The translations under genes and the position numbers were made by a program. A stretch of DNA of 64,000 nucleotides from an uncultured Acidobacteriota bacterium (GTDB lineage: Bacteria > Acidobacteriota > Thermoanaerobaculia > UBA5066 > DATFVB01). Position 1 is the first letter of the stretch. The number at the start of each line of letters is the position of its first letter. The notes below the pieces were generated by a model. That model was given only the letters and a program-made list of their open reading frames with translations, had not been told where the DNA came from and did no database searches. The DNA is taken from NCBI GenBank assembly GCA_963813155.1, contig CAWEYG010000003.1:288001-352000 (forward strand), in the 5' to 3' direction. This document shows positions 33,496-45,342 of the stretch, piece by piece.

Positions 33496-34137
33496 TCAGG
33501 CCGGGCGGACAAAAGGATTTCCGCGCATTTCGCGCCCCACGGTCGTCTCCGCCCCGTGGCCCGGAATCACGCGCAGGGTCTCCGGAAGCGAATAGAGCTT
33601 TCGGCGAATCGAGGCTTCGATCGTCTCGAAGGAGCCTCCCCACAGATCCGTGCGGCCGATCGAATCGCGAAAGAGCGTGTCGCCCGAAAACAGGGCCGGC
33701 TCCGCGCCTTCGAGCAGGAAGCACGTGGACCCGGGCGAGTGGCCGGGCGTGTGCACGGCGCGGATTCGCGATTCTCCGAACTCGAAGGTTTCCCCGTCCG
33801 CGATCCATCGGTTCACGGCGGGAGGAGAGCCAAAGGAGAAACCGAACATTCGGCCTTGCTCCGGCAGCTGCTCGTAGAGGAATCGGTCGTCCGGGTGCAG
33901 GCAGACGGGCGCGCCGGTCGCCTCCTGGACGCCGCCGGCCGCGCCGATGTGGTCGAAATGCGCATGGGTGTGGAGCAGAAAGACGGCGGTCGCGCCCGCT
34001 TGCCGGAGCGCTTCGAGGATCTTCGGGGCCTCGTCGCCCGGGTCGACGACGACGGCCTCGCCCGTGGGCTCGTCGAGGACGATCGAACAGTTGCACGCGA
34101 GGGGCCCGACCGGGATCGTTGCGGCGATGCGCGTCAT
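33496..34137 (-). CDS. MBL-fold metallo-hydrolase
   Basis: THAHFDH, TPGHSPG, GDTLF, PGHG. Confidence 0.93.
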   Translation of the reverse strand: MTRIAATIPVGPLACNCSIVLDEPTGEAVVVDPGDEAPKILEALRQAGATAVFLLHTHAHFDHIGAAGGVQEATGAPVCLHPDDRFLYEQLPEQGRMFGFSFGSPPAVNRWIADGETFEFGESRIRAVHTPGHSPGSTCFLLEGAEPALFSGDTLFRDSIGRTDLWGGSFETIEASIRRKLYSLPETLRVIPGHGAETTVGREMRGNPFVRPA

Positions 34138-34152
34138 CTGCCGGTCGTTTCC

Positions 34153-34572
34153 TTACCGGATGACGGGCACGACGGTTTCCACGTCGTGCCGCTCTTTCCG
34201 CTGCGCATCCGCCCACACCTTTTCGGCCGAGCCGAGGTTGATCTGAACCGCCCACTCGTCGTTGCCCGGGTCGCGCCTTTCGGAGGCGAAGAGCTTGCGC
34301 CGAGACCGCGGGGTGAAGATTTCCCACCGGATGTAGCCGAAATCCGCGACGTCCCCCCGGACGCAGAAGGCGGGGATCCGCTCTCCCGCTTCGATCGGGG
34401 CCTCCCGGACAGTGACGGGGCGAAACCCGTTCGCCTCGAGCCGCGCGAGGAAATCCGCCGTCACGTCCCTGCCGTCGAGAAAGAGGCGGTGCCGGCCGCG
34501 CGCGACGCCCCGGCCGAGGACGAGGTCGTCGAGCGCGTCGTCGAGGGCCCGGTCTCCCGCCGTTTCCTTCAC
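34153..34572 (-). CDS. Hypothetical protein
   Basis: 139 aa ORF with host-like codon use; TAGAAT 6 nt before GTG. Confidence 0.65.
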   Translation of the reverse strand: MKETAGDRALDDALDDLVLGRGVARGRHRLFLDGRDVTADFLARLEANGFRPVTVREAPIEAGERIPAFCVRGDVADFGYIRWEIFTPRSRRKLFASERRDPGNDEWAVQINLGSAEKVWADAQRKERHDVETVVPVIR

Positions 34573-34625
34573 GGGATCATTCTAGCGTCCCGTTCGGGGC
34601 CCGTGCGGTGGGTTAGACTCCCGCC

Positions 34626-35086
34626 GTGAATCCCGCGGACATCGTTCTCCTCCGCTTCCCGCTCGCGCTCTGGGTGGGCGGCGCGGCGTTTTCCGCCGTC
34701 GCCGCGCCGGCGATTTTCCGCGAGATCGCGTCGCGCGACCTCGCGGGGAAGGTCTTCGGCGAAGTCCTCAAGCGGCTCGAAGGGCTCTTCCACGTTCTTT
34801 CGGTCGTCCTCGTCATCGGCGTTTTCTCGGCGGTCGGCCGCGAGGGACGCATCGCGGGCCGGGCCGCGGGAACCGCGATCGGGATCTTTCTCGCGATCGC
34901 GACGAACGTGTACGCGTCGATGGTGCTCCGTCCCCGCATGGCGTACTACCGCGCGCAGGCAGGCTCGTTCGACGATTCGCCCGAAGACGGCCCGTGGAGA
35001 CGGAAGTTCCAGGCCCTTCACCGGAGGTCGACGCGCGTCGCGATGCTGGGGCTCCTCTCCGCGGCCACCGCCCTCTTCTTCGCGCC

Positions 35087-35090
<4 letters not shown>
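34626..35090 (+). CDS. DUF4149-family membrane protein
   Basis: LWVGG..F...AP..F, AGKVFG, FQALHRRS. Confidence 0.8.
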
Positions 35091-36105
<1,015 letters not shown>

Positions 36106-36109
<4 letters not shown>

Positions 36110-37404
36110 GCGGGGTTCGGCGCGTTTTTCTCCTGCTGCCGATTCTGGCCGTTGCGGCCGCCGGAGGCTCCGGATGCAAGGCCAGGGACGCCGCATGGGC
36201 CCGCCCGCTTCGGAACACGACGTTCGAGAGGTCCGAAGCCCGAAGGGAACGCGGCCGATACCTCGCCGAAGGGGTCCTTCAGTGCTTCAACTGTCACTCG
36301 GACCGAGATTCCGCCCGGCCGGGCGCGCCGCCGGTCGAGGAAAAGAAGGGCGCCGGCCATGTCTGGTACGACGAACCCGGCGCCCGCCTCGTTTCGCCGA
36401 ACATCACTCCGGATGCCGAGACGGGAGCCGGCAGGTGGACGGACGACATGCTCGCGCGGGCGATACGCGAAGGGGTGGGCCACGACGGGCGGCCCCTCCA
36501 TCCCCAGATGTGGTACGACGCCTTCGGCTCGTTGTCCGACAGCGACGTCGCGGCCGTCGTCGTCTACCTCCGCTCGATTCCACCGGTGAAGAATCGGCTC
36601 CCGCCGACTCTCCTGAAGGCGGGAAGAGCAGCCATCATCGAAGGGCACCCTCCGACCCCTGACATCCCCGGTGCCGGCCCCTGACGTTTCGACTCCGGTA
36701 AAACGCGGCCGATACCTCACCCAGGTCGCCAATTGCCAGGGATGTCACACGGCCTGGGAAGCGCCCTTGAACCCGGGCCGTTTCGGGGGCGGGAATTTCG
36801 TCGAATCGACGATCGGGGGAAAGAAGCTCGCGAAGTTCAGCCGCAACCTCACTTCGGATTCCACGGGGATTCCCTATTACGACGACGCCCTGTTCATCGA
36901 GGCGATGCGGACGGGCAAGGTTCGCACGCGCGAGCTCTCGCCCCTGATGCCGTGGACCGTATTCCGGAACATGACCGACGACGACCTGAAGGCGGTGCGC
37001 GCCTACTTGAGGAGCCTTCTTCCCGTGCGGCATCTGATCGACCCCGACGAGCCGGAAGGGCTCTGCCCCGTCTGCGGCCAGAAACACGGAGCAGGGAAAC
37101 TCAACGCCGCGAAGGAGAGCCGGGCGATCCGATCGACCCGAAAGCGATCGACGGCTGCGAGGGCGAGTATCGGTTCTCCGACGCGCCACCGATCGTGCTC
37201 GTTCGCGAGAACGGCAGGCTCTTCGCCCGGACAGGCAACCAGAAAGACGAGCTCTTCACGGAAGACAATCGACTCTTCTTCACGAAGACCGCGCCCGACG
37301 TGATTGAATTCGTCCGCGACCGAAGGCGGGCGCGTCACGAAAATCGTCGACCGGGCTTTCGACGACGACGTCGGGATGAAAGTCAGTCCCTCGTCTTCGC
37401 GATG
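36106..37404 (+). CDS. Diheme cytochrome c, putative lipoprotein (frameshifted, end uncertain)
   Basis: CFNCH and CQGCH heme motifs, RGRYL twice, PNITPD..TG.G.W. Confidence 0.8.
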
Positions 37405-37763
37405 AGGTCGATCTCGAGACGCGCTCCCGCGGGAAGCTCCGCGACGGCAACGGTCGAGCGCGCCGGCCGGTGGGAGCCGAAGCGCCGCGCATAGACCTCG
37501 TTCATCTTCGCGAAGTCGGACATCCGCAGGAGGAACACCGTCGTCTTCACGACGTCGGCGAACGTGAGCTTCGCCTCTTCCAGCACCGCCTGGAGGTTGT
37601 CGAAGACGCGCTCCGCCTGGACGTCGATGTCGCCCTCGACGAGCTTCATCGTGGCCGGATCGAGGGGAATCTGGCCGGCCGTGAACAGGAATCCTCCGGA
37701 GTGGACCGCCTGCGAGTAGGGACCGATCGCCTTCGGCGCCCTGTCGGTCGATACGGGTTTCAT
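37383..37763 (-). CDS. ridA: RidA-family enamine/imine deaminase
   Basis: AIGPYSQA, VVKTTVFL, PARSTVAV. Confidence 0.93.
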   Translation of the reverse strand: MKPVSTDRAPKAIGPYSQAVHSGGFLFTAGQIPLDPATMKLVEGDIDVQAERVFDNLQAVLEEAKLTFADVVKTTVFLLRMSDFAKMNEVYARRFGSHRPARSTVAVAELPAGARLEIDLIAKTRD

Positions 37764-38323
37764 GGAGCTCCTTTCGTCTCGTCTTTTGCCTCGTCTTTTA
37801 TTTCTTCAATCGCCGCCACGTAAGGAAGGTTTCGGTGAGCCTCGGCCAGGTCCAGACCGTAGCCGACGACGAACCGGTCTTCGATCTCGAAACCGAGGTA
37901 GTCCACGGGCACCGGCTCCGCGCCCGCGACTCGCTTGCGCAGAAGAGCGCAGACCTTCAGCGACCTCGGGTTGCGCGCGCGCAGGAGCTCGAGGATCTTC
38001 CGAAGGGTTCTTCCGGAATCGACGATGTCTTCCACCACGATCACATCCCGGCCCGCGATGTCCTCCGGCAGGTCGCCGACGAGCCGAACCTCTCCCGAGG
38101 AACGGGTGCTCGACCCGTACGAAGAGACTCGGAGGAAATCCAGCGTGATCGGCGCCCGGATTCTCCGCGCGAGGTCGCACAGAAAGAAGATCGACCCCTT
38201 GAGAACGCCGACGAGAAGGGCGGCCCGGCCGCCGAGATCCCGGTCGATCGCTCCCGCCAGTCGCTCCACGCCCTCGCGAACGGCGCTTTCTTCGAGGATC
38301 ACCTCTGAAATCTGATGACCCAC
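37760..38323 (-). CDS. hpt: Hypoxanthine phosphoribosyltransferase
   Basis: VGVLKGS, VEDIVDSGRTL, FVVGYGLD. Confidence 0.95.
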   Translation of the reverse strand: MGHQISEVILEESAVREGVERLAGAIDRDLGGRAALLVGVLKGSIFFLCDLARRIRAPITLDFLRVSSYGSSTRSSGEVRLVGDLPEDIAGRDVIVVEDIVDSGRTLRKILELLRARNPRSLKVCALLRKRVAGAEPVPVDYLGFEIEDRFVVGYGLDLAEAHRNLPYVAAIEEIKDEAKDETKGAP

Positions 38324-38356
38324 ACCTCGTCCTTGTCCTAAAATGAGCGGGAATTC

Positions 38357-39832
38357 ATGCTCGTATCCGAACTTCAGACTCTGCATGGAGCGTATATCCG
38401 GCTGACGGAGAAATTCAAGGCGCTGTGGACTTTCCACCAGTTCCTCAAAGGAGTTCACAAGAATTTTCTCGCCGATGCTCCGACCTATGAGGTCGATTTC
38501 AATTCTCTCTACGAGCAGCTGCGCAAAGTCTCCGGAGAAATCTCCACCGGATCGACTTCCGTCCGGGACGACATCGACCGCGTCGAGACCGAGCTCGCGC
38601 TCGTCTCTCGCAAGCTCCGGCTCGGAGACAAGGCCGTTTCGCCGTCGCTCGTCCGACGATTCTTCCAGCAGCTTCGCACCGAAGACGAGAAGATCGTCTA
38701 CAACCTCCTCCGCTTCTACTTTTCGCAGCCCGAGATGGACGAGGACCTCGCCGACAAGATCGATTTTCTGGCGACCCTCGCCGCCACCCATCCCGCCGGG
38801 GAGGGCGTCGTTCCCCGGCCCCGGGCCGAGGTCGTCCGGATTTTCGAAGCCGTCGTGTCGCAGTGCTCCTGGCCGGCGACCGGAAACGACGAGGTCAACG
38901 CCCTCGTGGCCGCCATGGACGAGCTCGCCGACAACGTTTCGCGCGCCCGCAATTTCGAGGCCCTGACCTCGGAGAAGCTCGTCGAAAACATCCGAACCAT
39001 GAAGCGCCGCCTCGGCCATGCCCTCGCGAACCCCCAGGTCCTCGCCTCCGTCGCGATCTGCAACGTCAAGACGAAGGACGTCTTCCGGAGGCGTCTCCAG
39101 GAGGAGAGGAACCGGATCCGCGAGGCCGGCGACCGAATCGCGAGCCTCGAGCAGGAGTTCGCCCGCACGGGGCGAAAGGACCTTCCCGATGAATTTCGGC
39201 GGTTCCGCGACAACCACGACGAGTTCCAGAGGCTCGCGGGCGAGTCCAACCTTCGAAGCGAGCACGTTCTCGCCGTGATGCGATCCATCACCGACGTTCT
39301 CGGAAAGTTCGATCTCGGCGAGATTGCCCTGGAGGAGATCGACGACGCGCTCGAGATCCCCGACGCCGGGCCGGACGAGGCCACGGAGCCGCCGGACGGC
39401 CTTCGGCATGCGATCCAGAAGATCCTCGCGGCCGTCGAGATGAGCGACGGTGGCTTCAAGGAGATCGCCAATCTCGGGCTGGAGTCCTGGGAGGTGCGTT
39501 CCGCGAAGGAGGCGATCGCGAACGCCGGGCGGCCGCCGTCCGAGCGGGACGAGCTTCTCCTGGAGGGCGCCGCGCTTCGGGGGAAAGCCGAGGAAGAGGC
39601 CGCCCGGTGGACCCAGAACAAGCGGATGGGCAACCCGCTGGGGGCCCTCCGGACGGAGGCGGAGGAGACGCTCGCTCTGGCCGGAGCGACCGACCACCGG
39701 TTCGCCGACATGATCCGGGACGCGGGGGACGGTTCGATGCCGGAGGAGATGGGCTCTCTCGTCCGCTCGCGCTTCCGGTTGCTTCGCGCCTACTCGACCC
39801 TCTGGCTCCTCAACGACGCCGAGAAGCGATAG
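38357..39832 (+). CDS. Helical hypothetical protein, 491 aa
   Basis: Intact ORF with host-like codon use, charged and helical, no motif recognised. Confidence 0.8.
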   Translation: MLVSELQTLHGAYIRLTEKFKALWTFHQFLKGVHKNFLADAPTYEVDFNSLYEQLRKVSGEISTGSTSVRDDIDRVETELALVSRKLRLGDKAVSPSLVRRFFQQLRTEDEKIVYNLLRFYFSQPEMDEDLADKIDFLATLAATHPAGEGVVPRPRAEVVRIFEAVVSQCSWPATGNDEVNALVAAMDELADNVSRARNFEALTSEKLVENIRTMKRRLGHALANPQVLASVAICNVKTKDVFRRRLQEERNRIREAGDRIASLEQEFARTGRKDLPDEFRRFRDNHDEFQRLAGESNLRSEHVLAVMRSITDVLGKFDLGEIALEEIDDALEIPDAGPDEATEPPDGLRHAIQKILAAVEMSDGGFKEIANLGLESWEVRSAKEAIANAGRPPSERDELLLEGAALRGKAEEEAARWTQNKRMGNPLGALRTEAEETLALAGATDHRFADMIRDAGDGSMPEEMGSLVRSRFRLLRAYSTLWLLNDAEKR

Positions 39833-39853
39833 CATCCCACCAACGAAAAATCC

Positions 39854-41089
39854 ATGAAGAGGATACTGACCGTCTCGTCGGGCAAGGGGGGCGTCGGCAA
39901 AACGACGTTCGCGATCAATTTCGCGCTCGCCCTCTCGAAGGCGGGCCCGACGGTGCTCGTCGACCTCGACACGGGGACCTCGTCGATCCGCAACTCGATC
40001 GACGCGCCCGTGCCGCGCGACCTCTACCATTTCCTCAAAAAAGACGTGCCGCTGCGCGACTGCATCACGACGCTGACGCCAGATCTCGACCCGGAAGGCC
40101 ATTTTCGCGACTTCGGATTCATCGCCGGCCCGAAGCACCTGATCGACGACGTGTCGAACTTCGGAGGGCCCGCGAAGGCGAAATTGATTTCCGCCATCAA
40201 CCAGCTGCCGACGAAATACGTCGTTCTCGACATGAAAGCCGGGCTCGACCCGAATGTCATCGACTTCCTCCCGTATTCGAACTCCGGGATCCTCGTCTTC
40301 ACGCCCCAGTTGCCGTCCGCCACGCTTGCGGCGTCCGACATCGTGAAGGCAATCCTCTTCCGCAAGCTCCGGATCCTTTTTTCCCCGGAGTCGCCCGTTT
40401 ACCGCGATCTCGGGCCCGGATACCCGGAGATGGTGTCCGAGCTGCTCGACTCCGTCGAGGACGTCTACGACGAATCGATTTCGAACATCGACGCGTTTCT
40501 CGTCGACCTCGCCCAGAGCCTCGGGGACAACCCGATCCTCGGCCTCCTTCGGGACACCGTCGAATATTTTCGCGTGTATTACGTCCTGAATATGTTCAAT
40601 GGAGTTCGGGAATCCTATGAAACGGCCGTGGCGCCGTTCGTCGAAAACCTCGTCGACAATGTTTCCTCCCGATTGAACCTGACAAATCTCGGATGGGTGC
40701 TCAAGAGCGACCGCATCCACGACGCGAATTGCCGCCGGCGGCCGATCCTCCTCGCCTCGGACGCCGTCGCCGGGCCGCGCGCGGCATCGGCCGTCGATCG
40801 CGAGGTGAGCGAGCTCGAGAAGCGTTTCCTTCACCTGAAGATCGACAAGCCGCCCCGGTCCGAGCGCCCCGTTCCCCTCCTCGCCGCCGACCCGAAACGC
40901 GCCCTCGCCGACCAGCTCGATTCGCTTCGGGCGATGTACGCGGATCAGAAAGAGTCGGGGGTGAAGGAGAATTTCGCCTACATCACGCAGCGTGCGCTTC
41001 ACCTGATCGAGGGAGTGCGGGCCTCGGAGTTCGGTGAGACGAAGATCTGCCGGCCCGACGAGATCCTTTCCCATTTCTTCCCTCTTTGA
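39854..41089 (+). CDS. MinD/FlhG/ParA-family ATPase with long insertion
   Basis: SGKGGVGKTT deviant Walker A, VLVDLD, VVLDMKAG. Confidence 0.88.
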   Translation: MKRILTVSSGKGGVGKTTFAINFALALSKAGPTVLVDLDTGTSSIRNSIDAPVPRDLYHFLKKDVPLRDCITTLTPDLDPEGHFRDFGFIAGPKHLIDDVSNFGGPAKAKLISAINQLPTKYVVLDMKAGLDPNVIDFLPYSNSGILVFTPQLPSATLAASDIVKAILFRKLRILFSPESPVYRDLGPGYPEMVSELLDSVEDVYDESISNIDAFLVDLAQSLGDNPILGLLRDTVEYFRVYYVLNMFNGVRESYETAVAPFVENLVDNVSSRLNLTNLGWVLKSDRIHDANCRRRPILLASDAVAGPRAASAVDREVSELEKRFLHLKIDKPPRSERPVPLLAADPKRALADQLDSLRAMYADQKESGVKENFAYITQRALHLIEGVRASEFGETKICRPDEILSHFFPL

Positions 41090-41149
41090 CTTCCCCTCCC
41101 ATCGTTGATAAAAACCGCGTTCGGACCGCGCCGCGGAGTCAGGAGCATC

Positions 41150-42700
41150 ATGAGCACTGTGGAAATCGTCAACCCGAAAAAGGTGACGGCGAAGAAGATC
41201 CTGAAAGACCTCACGGGTCCGGAGCTTCGGGACCTCGCGAAGGCGGAAGAGACGACCTCTTCCTACGGATCGCCGATCTACTTCACGACCGTCAAGAACC
41301 GCTCCGCGAAGAACACGTTCGTCGTCGAGAACGGTGTCCGCCTGGGGTCTTCCCAGAAGGGCATGAACCCGGAAAAGGCCCGCGACCTCGTGCGAAAGCT
41401 GCAGGAATCGATCGCCTCCCGGGTGATGATCCAGGTTGACCGCCGGATGGGAATGTCTCCCGAGGCGACCCTCCACTGCCGCCTTTTCGTTCCGGTCGAG
41501 TTCGCGCGCATCGCCTACATGTGGCACAACATGCTGTTCCCGATCGCCTCCTCGGGCGAGCCGGATTTCGTGTCGGTGTACGTCCCCGACTGGCCCGAGC
41601 GGATCATCTTTCTGGATCCGAACGAGGGGTACACGTACATCTGCGGCACGGATTACCCGGGAGAAGCGAAGAAATCGATGCTCCGCCAGGCGATGTACTG
41701 GATGAAGAAACGCGGAGGCCTCGGGCTCCACGCCGGGTCGAAGATCCTCCGCGTCGCCGGCCCGGACGGGCAGCTCCGCGACGTCGGATTTCTGCTGTTC
41801 GGGCTGTCGGGAACCGGAAAGACGACCCTCACGCTCCACGACCACGGCCTGGCTGCGCCCGAGAGGGTGATCATCAAGCAGGACGACGTCGTCCTGCTCG
41901 CGCCGGACGCGCAGGCCTTCGGCACCGAAGACGGCTTCTACATCAAGACCGAGGGTCTCGAACCCACCCAGCGGGTCCTGTGGGATGCCGCGATCTCCCC
42001 GACGGCCTGCTTCGAAAACGTCAAGATCCACGAGAACGGCGACATCGATTTCGTCGACACGACGCTCACTTCCAACGGCCGGGGCGTCGTTCTGCGAAAG
42101 TTCATCCACGGCACGGACGACGGAATCGACCTGCCGAGGGTTCACAAGATCATCTTCATCACGCGCCGAAACGACGTCGTCCCGGTCGTCGCGAAACTCA
42201 CCCCGCAGCAGGGAGCCGCGTTCTTCATGCTCGGAGAATCGATCGAAACGTCCGCGGGCGACCCCACGAAAGCCGGCCAGGCGAAGCGGGAGGTCGGGAC
42301 CAACCCCTTCATCGTCGGCCCCGAGGCCGAGGAGGGAAATCGCATTCTGAAGTTCCTCTCCGAGAACCCCGACATGGAGGCGTACATCCTGAACACCGGC
42401 TCCGTCGGGGCGGCGGACGGAACCGCCGGCGAGAAGATCTCGATTCGCGTTTCGACCGAGATCATGAAGCAAATCGCGAAGGACGGCATTTCCTGGCAGC
42501 CGGACCCCGACTGGGGATATGCCGTGCCCCGGGAGGTCCCCGGCGTCGACCTCTCGAAATACGATCCCCGGGCGCACTATTCGCCGGAGGAGTACGCCTC
42601 CCGCGTCGCGAAGCTCCGGGCCGAGCGCGAAGCCTGGCTCGCCCAGTTTCCCGGGCTCGATCCTTCGATTCCGAACGCCATCCGGCCGGTGCGCGGATAA
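41150..42700 (+). CDS. pckA: Phosphoenolpyruvate carboxykinase (ATP)
   Basis: YPGEAKK, LHAGSK, FGLSGTGKTTL, QDD, ILNTG. Confidence 0.92.
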   Translation: MSTVEIVNPKKVTAKKILKDLTGPELRDLAKAEETTSSYGSPIYFTTVKNRSAKNTFVVENGVRLGSSQKGMNPEKARDLVRKLQESIASRVMIQVDRRMGMSPEATLHCRLFVPVEFARIAYMWHNMLFPIASSGEPDFVSVYVPDWPERIIFLDPNEGYTYICGTDYPGEAKKSMLRQAMYWMKKRGGLGLHAGSKILRVAGPDGQLRDVGFLLFGLSGTGKTTLTLHDHGLAAPERVIIKQDDVVLLAPDAQAFGTEDGFYIKTEGLEPTQRVLWDAAISPTACFENVKIHENGDIDFVDTTLTSNGRGVVLRKFIHGTDDGIDLPRVHKIIFITRRNDVVPVVAKLTPQQGAAFFMLGESIETSAGDPTKAGQAKREVGTNPFIVGPEAEEGNRILKFLSENPDMEAYILNTGSVGAADGTAGEKISIRVSTEIMKQIAKDGISWQPDPDWGYAVPREVPGVDLSKYDPRAHYSPEEYASRVAKLRAEREAWLAQFPGLDPSIPNAIRPVRG

Positions 42701-42705
42701 CGTCC

Positions 42706-43857
42706 GTGGAGAAAACGATCGAGAGCGAACACCGGTTCCACGAAGGGCTCGAGGACGTCGTCGCGGCCGAGTCCGCGATCTGCTACATCGACGGCAAACG
42801 CGGCGTTCTCTCGTACCGCGGGTACGACATTCACGACCTCGCCGAGAATTCCTCGTTCGAGGAGACGTGTTTCCTCCTCTGGGAGGGACGGCTCCCGACG
42901 AAGGCGGAGGTCGCTGCCCTTCGAATTGGCCTCGGGAACGAGCGGGAAGTCTCTCCAGAGATCCTGACGCTGACCCGGGATTTCCTGAAACACGGGATGA
43001 TTCCCATGGACGCGCTGCGCACGGCCGTTTCGGCCCTCTGCGAGACGGACCCCGACGTCGCTTCGAACGACCCGGCGGCGAACCGGCGCAAGGCTCAGCG
43101 CCTTACCGCGAAGATGTCCACGCTCGTCGCGGCCATTCATCGCTTTCGAGAGAACCAGGACCCGGTGAGCCCCAACCCCGGCCGAGGCCATGCCGAGGAC
43201 TTCCTCGCGATGCTCAACGGCAGCGCGCCCTCCGCGGAGATGACCCGCGCTTTCGACATGGCGCTCGTCCTCCACGCCGACCACGAGCTGAACGCTTCGA
43301 CGTTCGCCGCCCGCGTCACCGCCGCGACCCTCTCCGACATGCATTCGGCCGTCGTCTCGGCCATCGGAACGCTCAAGGGCCCCCTCCACGGCGGCGCCAA
43401 CGAGGCCGTAATGGGGATGCTGATCGAAATCGGCGACCTGTCGCGCGTGGACGACTACATCCACCAGTTGCTCGCCGCCCACAAGAAAGTAATGGGGTTC
43501 GGCCACCGGGTCTACACGACCGAAGACCCCCGGGCCACACACCTGCGCCAGATGTCCCAGCACCTCGCCGAGTCGTCCGGGGTCAGCAAGTGGTACGACA
43601 TGTCCCGCCGCATCGAAACGATCATCAATCAGGAAAAGCGCCTGAACTGCAACGTGGACTTCTATTCGGCTTCGACGTACTACATGCTCGGGATTCCGCC
43701 GGACCTCTACACGCCGATCTTCGCGCTGTCGCGCTGCGCCGGGTGGACGGCCCATGTCATGGAACAGCACCAGAGCAACCGGCTGATCCGCCCCCGCGCG
43801 GACTACATCGGCCCGGCGTATCCCCAGAAGTACGTCCCCCTCGACTCCCGGGGATGA
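42706..43857 (+). CDS. Citrate synthase / 2-methylcitrate synthase family
   Basis: HADHELNAST, GPLHGGANE, MGFGHRVY, NVDFYS. Confidence 0.95.
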   Translation: MEKTIESEHRFHEGLEDVVAAESAICYIDGKRGVLSYRGYDIHDLAENSSFEETCFLLWEGRLPTKAEVAALRIGLGNEREVSPEILTLTRDFLKHGMIPMDALRTAVSALCETDPDVASNDPAANRRKAQRLTAKMSTLVAAIHRFRENQDPVSPNPGRGHAEDFLAMLNGSAPSAEMTRAFDMALVLHADHELNASTFAARVTAATLSDMHSAVVSAIGTLKGPLHGGANEAVMGMLIEIGDLSRVDDYIHQLLAAHKKVMGFGHRVYTTEDPRATHLRQMSQHLAESSGVSKWYDMSRRIETIINQEKRLNCNVDFYSASTYYMLGIPPDLYTPIFALSRCAGWTAHVMEQHQSNRLIRPRADYIGPAYPQKYVPLDSRG

Positions 43858-43870
43858 TTCCGGCCCGCGG

Positions 43871-44578
43871 CTACTCGCCCAGGTAGGCTTCCTTCACCTT
43901 CGGATTCGTCGCGATCTCCGCGGAGGGGCCGGAGAGGGTGACGGTCCCCGTCTCGAGGACGTAGGCGCGATGGCTGTGCTTGAGCGCGGCGTTCGCGTTC
44001 TGCTCGACGAGGAGCACGGAAGCGCCTTCCCGATTGATCGTCTCGATCGCTTCGAAAATCGTGTGCACGAGGATCGGCGCCAGGCCCAGCGAAGGCTCGT
44101 CGAGCAACAGCACCTCCGGGTGCGACATCAGGGCGCGACCGATCGCGAGCATCTGCTGCTCTCCCCCGGACAGAGTCCCCGCCCGCTGGCGGATCCGCTC
44201 CTTCAGCCGGGGAAAGACCGCGAGGACGCGGTCGAAATCCGAGGAGATCCGCGACGCGTCGCGGCGGGAGTACGCGCCCAGCTCCAGGTTTTCCCGGACG
44301 GTGAGGTTCGCAAAAATCGCGCGCCCCTCGGGAACGAGGGTCATCCGGTCGCGAACGATCTTGTAGGTCGGCGTCCCGACGATCGAGCGGTCCCGGTAAC
44401 GGATCGCGCCGGAGACCGGCGGAACGAGCCCCATGATCGCCCGCAGCGTCGTGGACTTCCCGGCGCCGTTGGCGCCGATCAAGGTGACGATCTCCCCCTT
44501 TTCGAGGGTCAGGGAGATTCCCCGGACGGCCGACACGGCGCCGTAGCGAACCTGGAGATCTTCCACCTCGAGGATCAT
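43871..44578 (-). CDS. livF: Branched-chain amino acid ABC ATPase
   Basis: GANGAGKST, LSGGEQQMLA, DEPSLGLAP. Confidence 0.93.
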   Translation of the reverse strand: MILEVEDLQVRYGAVSAVRGISLTLEKGEIVTLIGANGAGKSTTLRAIMGLVPPVSGAIRYRDRSIVGTPTYKIVRDRMTLVPEGRAIFANLTVRENLELGAYSRRDASRISSDFDRVLAVFPRLKERIRQRAGTLSGGEQQMLAIGRALMSHPEVLLLDEPSLGLAPILVHTIFEAIETINREGASVLLVEQNANAALKHSHRAYVLETGTVTLSGPSAEIATNPKVKEAYLGE

Positions 44579-45336
44579 GCGCCTCCCAGGTACGCCTCGA
44601 TCGTTCGCGGGTCCCGCTGAACCTCGGCCGGCGTACCGAGGCAGATCGTCGACCCGTAGTCCACGACGTGGACCTTCTCGCAGACCCCCATGACGACCTT
44701 CATGTTGTGCTCGACGAGGAAGATGGCCATCTGGAACTGGTCGCGGAGCCAGCGGATCAGGTCCATCAGCTCGTGCGACTCGTGCGGGTTCATCCCGGCG
44801 GCTGGCTCGTCGAGGCAAAGGAGCCTCGGCCGGGTCGCCATCGCCCGAGCGATCTCGAGGCGCCGCTGGCTTCCGTAGGGCAGGTTCCGCGCCGTCTCGC
44901 CGGCCAGGTGGTCGAGCTTGAAGACCCGAAGGAGCTCGAGGGATTCCCGCTCGATTCGCTCCTCCTCCCGCACGTACATGGGACCCCGCACGATCGACGA
45001 GAGGATCGACGCCTTCTGGCGGCGCGCGAAACCCACCTTGACGTTGTCGATGACCGTCAGGTTCGCGAAGAGCCGGATGTTCTGAAACGTCCGGGCGATG
45101 CCGTCTTCGGTGATCTTCCAGGATTTCTCGCCGTCGATTCGGCGCCCGCCGAAAAGAATCTCTCCGGCGGTTGGCTTGTAGACCCCCGTGATCATGTTGA
45201 AAATCGTCGTCTTGCCGGCGCCGTTCGGCCCAATCAGCCCGTACAACGCTTTCTCCTCGATCGCGAGATCGAAGTCCTTGACGGCCGTCAGGCCTCCGAA
45301 CCGCATCGTCACCGAATGGGCTTCGAGGAGCGCCAT
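44575..45336 (-). CDS. livG: Branched-chain amino acid ABC ATPase
   Basis: GPNGAGKTT, RTFQNIRLF, DEPAAGMN. Confidence 0.93.
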   Translation of the reverse strand: MALLEAHSVTMRFGGLTAVKDFDLAIEEKALYGLIGPNGAGKTTIFNMITGVYKPTAGEILFGGRRIDGEKSWKITEDGIARTFQNIRLFANLTVIDNVKVGFARRQKASILSSIVRGPMYVREEERIERESLELLRVFKLDHLAGETARNLPYGSQRRLEIARAMATRPRLLCLDEPAAGMNPHESHELMDLIRWLRDQFQMAIFLVEHNMKVVMGVCEKVHVVDYGSTICLGTPAEVQRDPRTIEAYLGGA

Positions 45337-45342
45337 CGGCGT

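Noticed and set aside
37760-42577. 1605-aa minus-strand ORF
   Set aside because: Antisense shadow of three plus-strand genes in high-GC DNA; only its last part is the real hpt
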